The notes under the pieces were generated by a model. That model saw only the letters and a list, made by a program, of their open reading frames with translations. It was not told where the DNA came from and did not search any database. From positions 1-64,000 of the forward strand of contig JBDKRC010000243.1 of assembly GCA_039683575.1 (NCBI GenBank): 64,000 nucleotides of DNA, given 5' to 3'. Every line of letters starts with the position of its first letter. Positions within the stretch are counted from its first letter, which is position 1. A program made the translations under genes and the position numbers. This document shows, in pieces, positions 57,495 through 64,000 of this stretch. Source of the DNA: Armatimonadia bacterium (GTDB lineage: Bacteria > Armatimonadota > Zipacnadia > Zipacnadales > UBA11051).

Positions 57495-58241
57495 ATGCCA
57501 CGAGTGGTTCACTTTGAGATACCGACGGAGAATCCGGAGAAGACCGTTGCCTTCTATGAGAAGGCCTTCGGCTGGCAGATCAAGAAGTGGGAAGGCCCGC
57601 AGGACTACTGGCTGGTCTGCACCGGCAGTGGTGACGAGATGGGCATCAATGGCGCGATCATGCGCAAGACCGACGCCTATGGCGTGCGCAACACCATTGG
57701 AGTCGAAGACCTCGATGAGGCCCTGCGCAAGGTGGAAGAGGGTGGCGGGAAGATCATCCTGCCCGCGAGCCCCATCGAAGGCGTCGGCGACTGGGCTCTG
57801 TGCGAGGACCCTGACGGCAACTTCTTCGGGCTCATCAAGCCCCATGACTGCGGCGGCAGGGCCTGCGGTCGTGAGGGCAAAACACCTCGGGTAGTCCATT
57901 TCGAGATACCATCGGCCAACCCCGAGCAAGCTGCTGACTTCTACCGGAAGGCCTTCGGTTGGGAGATCACCAAGTGGGAAGGCCAGATGGAGTACTGGCT
58001 GGTGCGTACCGGCCCGAAAGAAGAGATGGGGATTGATGGGGGCATCATGCGCAAGTCAGACAACTACGGCGTGCGCAATACCATCGCCGTGGATGACATA
58101 GATGAGGCCCTGCGCAAGGTTGAGCAGGCCGGCGGCAAGATCGTGATGCCGCGCAGCACAGTGGAGGGCGTCGGCGAACTGTCCCTCTGCGAGGACCCCG
58201 ACGGTAACGCCCTCGGCATCATCCAGCCACTGCCAATGTAG
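57495..58241 (+). CDS. VOC/glyoxalase family protein with two near-identical tandem domains
   Basis: PRVVHFEIP...FY.KAFGW...EDPDGN occurs twice. Confidence 0.92.
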   Translation: MPRVVHFEIPTENPEKTVAFYEKAFGWQIKKWEGPQDYWLVCTGSGDEMGINGAIMRKTDAYGVRNTIGVEDLDEALRKVEEGGGKIILPASPIEGVGDWALCEDPDGNFFGLIKPHDCGGRACGREGKTPRVVHFEIPSANPEQAADFYRKAFGWEITKWEGQMEYWLVRTGPKEEMGIDGGIMRKSDNYGVRNTIAVDDIDEALRKVEQAGGKIVMPRSTVEGVGELSLCEDPDGNALGIIQPLPM

Positions 58242-58306
58242 GCAGCGGAAGGCTTTCGCGGCCTGACTGTGGAACAACCCCCTATCACCCTGAAGGGGGT
58301 TGTTCC

Positions 58307-59386
58307 ATGGATAAGGTCGGCGTCGGCTTCATTGGCTCAGGCTTCATCGCGGAGATCCACGCGGAGGCCTTCCGCTCCGTCCCACAGGCGCAAGTAGTTG
58401 CCGTAGCCTCGCCCCAAAATGCCGCCACCTTTGCGGCGAAACACTCCATCCCCAAACACTTCGCAGACTATCGCGACCTCCTCGCCCTCCCCGAGGTGGA
58501 CGTGGTCCTGCTCGGCCTGCCCAACGTCCTGCACGCCCAGGCCTGCTGCGACGCGGCAGCGGCCGGGAAGCACGTGATCTGCGAAAAGCCCCTGTGTGCC
58601 AGCCTGCAGGAGGCCGATCAGATGATCGCCGCCTGTCAAAAGGCAGGCGTGCACCTCATGTACGCCGAGGAACTCTGCTTCACCCCCAAGTACGTCCGCG
58701 CCAAGCAGGTCTGCGACGAGGGCGCGCTGGGTGACCTCTACATGATCAAGCAGTGCGAGAAGCACGACGGCCCGCACATGCCGTGGTTCTGGGATGTGGA
58801 GAAGTCCGGCGGCGGCGTCACCCTCGACATGGGCTGCCACGCCTTCGAGTACTTCCGCTGGATGCTCGGCAAGCAGAAGGCCGTGAGCGTCTACGCCGAC
58901 ATGGGCACCTTCGTCCACAAGGACAAGACCCGTGGTGACGACAACTCGATCATCATCGTCGAGTTCGAAAACGGCTGCCGTGGCGTCGCCGAGGAGAGTT
59001 GGGCGAAGCCGGGCGGTATGGACGACATCATCGAGCTATACGGTTCGGAGGGCGTGATCAAGTGCGACCTCCTCCGCGGCAGCGCCTTCGAGACCTACAG
59101 CAAGAAGGGCTACGGCTACGCAGTAGAAAAGGCCGGCAGCACGCAGGGCTGGAGTTTCACGATGTACGAGGAGATCTGGAACTACGGCTTCGTACACGAG
59201 GATCAGCACTTCATCAACTGCGTCCTCGGCCTGGAACAGCCGCTGGAGACGGGCGAGGACGGCAAAGCAGTGCTGGAGATCATCTTCGCAGCCTACGAAA
59301 GTGCAGGGACGGGGCGGAAGGTGGCGCTGCCGTTCATGCCACCAGAGGGCAAGCGGCCGATTGAGTTGTGGCTGGAGCGTGACTGA
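58307..59386 (+). CDS. Gfo/Idh/MocA family oxidoreductase
   Basis: GFIGSGFIA, HVICEKP, SGGGVTLDMGCH, AAYESA.TG. Confidence 0.93.
   Translation: MDKVGVGFIGSGFIAEIHAEAFRSVPQAQVVAVASPQNAATFAAKHSIPKHFADYRDLLALPEVDVVLLGLPNVLHAQACCDAAAAGKHVICEKPLCASLQEADQMIAACQKAGVHLMYAEELCFTPKYVRAKQVCDEGALGDLYMIKQCEKHDGPHMPWFWDVEKSGGGVTLDMGCHAFEYFRWMLGKQKAVSVYADMGTFVHKDKTRGDDNSIIIVEFENGCRGVAEESWAKPGGMDDIIELYGSEGVIKCDLLRGSAFETYSKKGYGYAVEKAGSTQGWSFTMYEEIWNYGFVHEDQHFINCVLGLEQPLETGEDGKAVLEIIFAAYESAGTGRKVALPFMPPEGKRPIELWLERD
59351..59373 (+). repeat. 23-bp direct repeat core, copy 1 (inside the oxidoreductase 3' end)
   Basis: AAGCGGCCGATTGAGTTGTGGCT, identical at 61153-61175 and 62117-62139. Confidence 0.95.
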
Positions 59387-59439
59387 CGGAGAGTACGGTT
59401 CCGGCGTGTGCCAACACTGCTTCGAGGGGAAGTGCGACG

Positions 59440-61011
59440 ATGTTTGATGTTGAACTCTGGATTAGGGATCATCAAGCTATATCGTTTCTGTTTGGGGGAT
59501 GTGGACTGGCGGCCGCAGGGGCTCTGCTGCGCCGGCTCCTCCGTCGGCGCGCCACTAACGCGCCAACTACGGCTGCAAGACAAGATTTCGTGAACGATAC
59601 CTCAGTGTCCACCGCACCAATCTCCACTGTCACTCAGAATCCAGAGACCCATATACAGAACACAATCAATGTGATGGCTCCAGACGCTGCCCCTGTGCCC
59701 GTGTCCCAAAATCCAAACGTACAGGATTTCAGCAGGAGCCACGAACCCAACGACTTATCTGGCGAGGCACAAGACACACGAATGCAGGCGCTGGATGCCT
59801 TGGGAGTAATAGCCCTATACCCAAACGTCACTGAACATGGCGGGCAGATGGCATCCGCCATTCGTGTTTCGAAAACCATCCACATCATCGCCTGCAGCGG
59901 GTATGGCTCGGTAACGGCCTACGATCAGGACCTCGAGAAGGCTCTGAGCGATGGCGCCCACATCACCGTCTTTCTGGCAAACCCACATGGCCCTGTGTGC
60001 GGTGGTTTGTATGATACCGAAGAAGACCTCACTCGCGACGATGCTGACAGAACGCGTCGCCGATATCTGACGCTGCGGACGAAGGCCAACGACAATACGC
60101 CCCGCGGGGTAGAACCAAGGTTCTGCATCGAATTAAGAGTATACCAGACGCTCGGCTTCTGCCTTGGAGGCATAATCTGCGATAGCCGCGGATGGTACAT
60201 GCCACGCATATTGCCTTTAGAACCACTGAATACCACCACGCTGGATATCGTTCCCGAGGGCATGCTCTGGCACCATCTGCAAGAGCACTTGCGATGGCTC
60301 AGGAAGCCAGCGGTGAGCTTCCCGTGTGCACTAGACGCGCCCATCCCTGTGGCAACTTTCGCCATGGAGAAGTGGGTGACGGTGACGCCGGAGAACGCGC
60401 ATCAGGCATTCCTGCCAGGTGATCTCATCCTGAGAAAGGAAGGAACGATGGCAGCCTGGGTCGATCTGCCATCTCCGAACGAACGTGCACAGGCAACTAA
60501 CAACAAGTTCCTCTGGGCCGCAACAAAGGTCTGTGGCGGTGACATCCTTGACGGAACGTGCCTGTACTACTCCCCGAAGACCGACGACAGGGGCACACCG
60601 AGATGGGTTAACTGCGCCGCTTCAGGCATGATAGAGCGTGTACTCCCTGTTCAGGATCCACCGGCATACACAAACCACAGAGTGACCGCAGACATTGGAT
60701 GCACGGATGGTCTATCCGCAGGACCACACCATTTTGCCGTTACGTGGACCCACAGGAGCAAACCCGCCATCTACCTATGGATAGACGGGCAATGTGTAGC
60801 TGAGGGATCGCTTGCCGCCGGCGGGGATTCAGTGTGGCCGCAGAGTACTGGCTCGCGGCTGTGCATCGGCCACTTCCCGACGATGGGAACATGGTTCTTC
60901 CTCAACTGGCCATTGACAGGATTCGCATTCTTCGACCAGGCCCTCAGCGAGGGCGAAATCGCTGCATGGAAGAAACATACTCTCTCAGTGGTGCGACACG
61001 ATCGGGACTAG
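59440..61011 (+). CDS. Hypothetical protein: N-terminal TM, DUF5919/PLD-fold-like domain, LamG/ConA-like domain
   Basis: IHIIACSG..LEKALSDGAHITVFLANP...IELRVY..IICD; HHFAVTW...LWIDGQ...LCIG...FFDQALSEGEI; visibly lower GC and atypical codons. Confidence 0.7.
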   Translation: MFDVELWIRDHQAISFLFGGCGLAAAGALLRRLLRRRATNAPTTAARQDFVNDTSVSTAPISTVTQNPETHIQNTINVMAPDAAPVPVSQNPNVQDFSRSHEPNDLSGEAQDTRMQALDALGVIALYPNVTEHGGQMASAIRVSKTIHIIACSGYGSVTAYDQDLEKALSDGAHITVFLANPHGPVCGGLYDTEEDLTRDDADRTRRRYLTLRTKANDNTPRGVEPRFCIELRVYQTLGFCLGGIICDSRGWYMPRILPLEPLNTTTLDIVPEGMLWHHLQEHLRWLRKPAVSFPCALDAPIPVATFAMEKWVTVTPENAHQAFLPGDLILRKEGTMAAWVDLPSPNERAQATNNKFLWAATKVCGGDILDGTCLYYSPKTDDRGTPRWVNCAASGMIERVLPVQDPPAYTNHRVTADIGCTDGLSAGPHHFAVTWTHRSKPAIYLWIDGQCVAEGSLAAGGDSVWPQSTGSRLCIGHFPTMGTWFFLNWPLTGFAFFDQALSEGEIAAWKKHTLSVVRHDRD

Positions 61012-61057
61012 CGAGCGCGCGTTGCCAGGGTCAGCAAAAGCCGACGGGGAATTGCAG

Positions 61058-61185
61058 GGAGCTCATCTTCGCAGCCCTCGAAAGTCGCTGGGACGGGGCG
61101 GAAGGTGGCGCTGCCGTTCACGCCGCCGCGCGCTCCGCAGGAGCGCATGGGCAAGCGGCCGATTGAGTTGTGGCTGAAAAGATAG
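61058..61185 (+). pseudogene. Degenerate duplicate of the 3' ~110 bp of the Gfo/Idh/MocA gene
   Basis: Aligns to 59275-59374 (GGGACGGGGCGGAAGGTGGCGCTGCCGTTCA identical), with a 1-nt frameshift and a small palindromic insert; ends GKRPIELWLKR*. Confidence 0.9.
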
Positions 61186-61221
61186 AGCATGCCAGACACC
61201 GCGGGGTGTTCAGCAGAGTGA

Positions 61222-62130
61222 TTGCGGGCTCCGGAGGTCAGGCCACTGTCGAGTGTACAGAAGACCCCAAGTAGGCTCAGAGCCCTGCAACACGCAGGTG
61301 CCCGCGTTGCCGTGCGCGGTCTCGTCGCCGTCGCCTTGTTGTTAGTCTATGAGTTGCTTTGGGGAAAGCTCTTCCCCTTCTCGCCGGTCGCATTGGGGTT
61401 CGAAAGACACGAACTCACCCACACCGTCGTCTTCGTACAGAGCGGAGCCGTCTTCAGAGACTTCAGCCAGGTTGACGGTCTGGTCCCGGAGGTGGAGCGC
61501 ACGCATGCGCTGGGATTTCTGTGCAAGCCTCGCCTGTTCGTCTTCCGGGATGGGGCGGCCTACCTTCGGCGATCTACTTCACGGGCTCGGTTTTGCGCCT
61601 TCCCCGGTGGAGCTTTAGTCATATCGCCCTGGGCTCAGCGCGAGGCCCGGGAAGGCAGGATTTCCCTGTCCATCTACCTGACACATGAGTTGTCCCATGT
61701 GTTGGTCTTTCAGCATGCGGGCTTCCTGCGGTCGCTTCGGCTCCCGAAATGGCTGTTAGAGGGGCTGGCCACCTACACAGCACATCAGATGGGCACATCC
61801 TTCTACCCCGACAAGCAGCGGACCTACCGGCTGCTGAGCGAGGGCAATTTCATGCCTCCTCTCCTATTCGATACCCATGCGGGGGACCAGATTGAGCTTC
61901 ACGTGAAGTACCCCCAGGCCTTCATATACTCTGAGTTTGCTTGTCTGGTGGACTACCTGATCCAGACTCGAGGGCGCGACAGGTTCCAGGGCTACTTGGG
62001 GCGCCTTACAGAGGGCGACGACCAAGCGGCAGCCTTCGAGGAAGCCTACGGGATAGCACTGGATCAGGCTGTTGGGGAATTCATGGATCAGGTCCGACAG
62101 CCTGCGAAACATGGGGAAGCGGCCGATTGA
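61222..62130 (+). CDS. Peptidase MA-like (HExxH...E) membrane-anchored protein; start uncertain
   Basis: THELSH...LPKWLLEGLATY; N-terminal TM; stop codon lies inside repeat copy 3. Confidence 0.75.
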   Translation: MRAPEVRPLSSVQKTPSRLRALQHAGARVAVRGLVAVALLLVYELLWGKLFPFSPVALGFERHELTHTVVFVQSGAVFRDFSQVDGLVPEVERTHALGFLCKPRLFVFRDGAAYLRRSTSRARFCAFPGGALVISPWAQREAREGRISLSIYLTHELSHVLVFQHAGFLRSLRLPKWLLEGLATYTAHQMGTSFYPDKQRTYRLLSEGNFMPPLLFDTHAGDQIELHVKYPQAFIYSEFACLVDYLIQTRGRDRFQGYLGRLTEGDDQAAAFEEAYGIALDQAVGEFMDQVRQPAKHGEAAD

Positions 62131-62149
62131 GTTGTGGCTCAGAGGCTAG
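62110..62149 (+). repeat. Third remnant of the oxidoreductase 3' end
   Basis: CATGGGGAAGCGGCCGATTGAGTTGTGGCTCAGAGGCTAG, read as MGKRPIELWLRG*. Confidence 0.9.
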
Positions 62150-62180
62150 TCGCACCTTACAACGAACCGAGGAACTACCC

Positions 62181-64000
62181 ATGTCTCACCTCTGGCTGGA
62201 AGCGGAATCGTTCAATGAGCTTGGCGGCTGGGTTATTGACGAGCAGTCGATGGATCAGATGGGCTCAGCATATGTCATGGCCCACGGCATGGGGGTGCCG
62301 GTGCAGGACGCGGAGACCGTCTGCGTCGTGCCCGAGTCCGGCCAGTGGACCGTATGGGTCCGCACCCGCGACTGGACCGCGCCGTGGGGGCGCGGCACCT
62401 CTGGCGGAACCTTCAAGGTCAGGATCAACGGGACCCTCCTGCCGGAGACTCTGGGGACGAACGGGGCGGAGTGGGCCTGGCAGAAGGCGGGCGTCATCTC
62501 GCTGGAGCAGGGACCGGCCACAGTCGCCCTGCATGACCTGACCGGCTTCAACGGTCGCTGCGATGCCTTGTACCTGACCTCCGCCCCCGCTGACGTTCCG
62601 CCAAATGAACCCCGCGCGCTCAGTGAGTTCCGCAGGGCCGCGTCAGGAATCGTCTGCACGGACGACCCCGAAGTCTACGACCTGGCCGTGGCCGGCGGAG
62701 GGATTGCCGGGATCTGTACGGCCATTGCCGCCGCGCGCACCGGGGCCAAGGTTGTCCTGATCCACGACCGGCCGGTCATGGGCGGCTGCAACAGCTCGGA
62801 GATCCGCGTCCCCCTGGGCGGGCTCGTCCACGTGCCCCCCTATCCGCAGCTCGGGAACGTCGTCGAGGAGATCTCTCCCATCACAGGCAGACCGGGGGTC
62901 CTCCCGGCGGAGTTCTACGAGGACACCCGGAAGGCAAACGTCTTCCGCACCTTGCCCCCTGAGCAGTACCGGCTCATCCTCAATGCGAGGGTCGTGGCGG
63001 TGGAGAAAGACCCCGATGACCCGCAGAAAATCGCGGCCTTCGTGGCGCGGGACATCCGTACCGGGGCGGAGACACGCCTGCGGGCGCGGCTGTTTGCCGA
63101 CTGCACGGGCGACGCGGTCATCGCGCGCATGATGGGCGCCGAGGTCATGTACGGGCGCGAGCCCCGCGACAAGTTCGGCGAGTCTCTGGCCCCGGTCGAG
63201 GGCGACGACGAGGTCATGGGCATGTCGGTCATCTGGTGCTCGGACCAGGGCGAGGAGGTGACGTCCTTCCCCGACATTGACTGGGGGCTGGAGATCACCG
63301 AGGACAATGTCTACTACATCCGCAGCGGTGACTGGGAGTGGGAGACCGGCCAGTACCGCAATCAGGCCGATGAGACCGAGTACATCCGCGACTACGGGCT
63401 GATGGCCATTTTCGCGAACTGGTCCTACCTGAAGAACCACTCGGAACGCCAGGCGGAGTGGGCGCGGGACCGGCTCGCCTGGATCACACCCCTCGGCGGG
63501 AAGCGGGAGAGTTACCGTGTGGTCGGCGACTACATCATGACACAAAGCGATATCGAGGGCGAAACGGTCCAGCCGGACGCGACCGCCTCGATGACGTGGA
63601 GCATTGACCTGCACTTCCCCGATCCGGAGCACCTTGCCAAGTTCAAAGAGCCCTTCCGCTCCTGCGCCTACCACCGCAATCTCATGAAGCCCTACCCGGT
63701 ACCGTACCGTTGCCTCTACTCGAAGGACGTGACCAACCTGTTTCTGGGCGGGCGCATCATCAGCGCCTCCCACGTGGCGTTCGGGTCGGTACGGGTCATG
63801 CGCACGCTGGGGATTCTGGGCGAGGTAATCGGCATGGCCGCGACGATCTGCGCCAGGGAGGGCCTTTCCCCCCGGGACGTCTACCTGTCGCGGCTTGATG
63901 AACTCAAGAAGATGATGGAGCAGGGCGTGCCGCCCCCCGCGACGTACCATCCCGGAGGGACCGGCAGGAAGTACGAGGGGTATCACTTCGCGGAGATTGG
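62181..64000 (+). CDS. FAD-dependent oxidoreductase (FAD_oxidored/xanthan-lyase-associated type), partial, runs off window
   Basis: Absent from the ORF track because no stop is in the window. Reads MSHLWLEAESF..GGWVID...YDLAVAGGGIAGICTAIAAARTG..LIHDRPVMGGCNSSEIRV...DCTGD...KRESYR...PYRCLYSKDVTNLFLGGR...RVMRT. Confidence 0.9.
   Translation, partial: MSHLWLEAESFNELGGWVIDEQSMDQMGSAYVMAHGMGVPVQDAETVCVVPESGQWTVWVRTRDWTAPWGRGTSGGTFKVRINGTLLPETLGTNGAEWAWQKAGVISLEQGPATVALHDLTGFNGRCDALYLTSAPADVPPNEPRALSEFRRAASGIVCTDDPEVYDLAVAGGGIAGICTAIAAARTGAKVVLIHDRPVMGGCNSSEIRVPLGGLVHVPPYPQLGNVVEEISPITGRPGVLPAEFYEDTRKANVFRTLPPEQYRLILNARVVAVEKDPDDPQKIAAFVARDIRTGAETRLRARLFADCTGDAVIARMMGAEVMYGREPRDKFGESLAPVEGDDEVMGMSVIWCSDQGEEVTSFPDIDWGLEITEDNVYYIRSGDWEWETGQYRNQADETEYIRDYGLMAIFANWSYLKNHSERQAEWARDRLAWITPLGGKRESYRVVGDYIMTQSDIEGETVQPDATASMTWSIDLHFPDPEHLAKFKEPFRSCAYHRNLMKPYPVPYRCLYSKDVTNLFLGGRIISASHVAFGSVRVMRTLGILGEVIGMAATICAREGLSPRDVYLSRLDELKKMMEQGVPPPATYHPGGTGRKYEGYHFAEI

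Noticed and set aside
59351-62139. Three 23-bp direct repeats considered as a CRISPR array or integron attC sites
   Set aside because: The spacers are 0.9-1.8 kb, the repeat is coding-derived and non-palindromic, and no cas or intI gene or attC R-box/L-box structure is visible.
62643-63986. 447-aa minus-strand ORF in the track
   Set aside because: Antisense shadow of the plus-strand FAD oxidoreductase (62181 to window end), which has clear family motifs.

Overview
GC-rich bacterial chromosomal window. The '[36 protein letters not shown]' prepilin-like (DUF1559-type) paralogues point to Armatimonadota, which is an inference. It carries about 48 genes: many secreted glycan-acting or unknown proteins, glmM, nth, and an NrpR-type repressor divergent from a five-gene split (archaeal/Thermotoga-type) glutamate synthase operon whose sigma70 promoter is followed by GGAA-N6-TTCC operators. 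The end of an IS1182/IS5-like element disrupts the first prepilin gene. I found no rRNA, tRNA or CRISPR array. Most notable observations: (1) a stand-alone gene with its own promoter and terminator encoding only two GyrA C-terminal pinwheel blades; (2) a probable ~265-nt structured ncRNA at 5147-5412 on the minus strand; (3) a cassette-like array at 59.3-62.1 kb in which foreign-looking genes sit between repeated copies of an oxidoreductase 3' end, with no integrase in view; (4) REP-like palindromes inserted in frame inside coding sequences; (5) exported Cys-rich, metallothionein-like and hemerythrin-like proteins. All family assignments come from motif recognition by eye, not from database searches.
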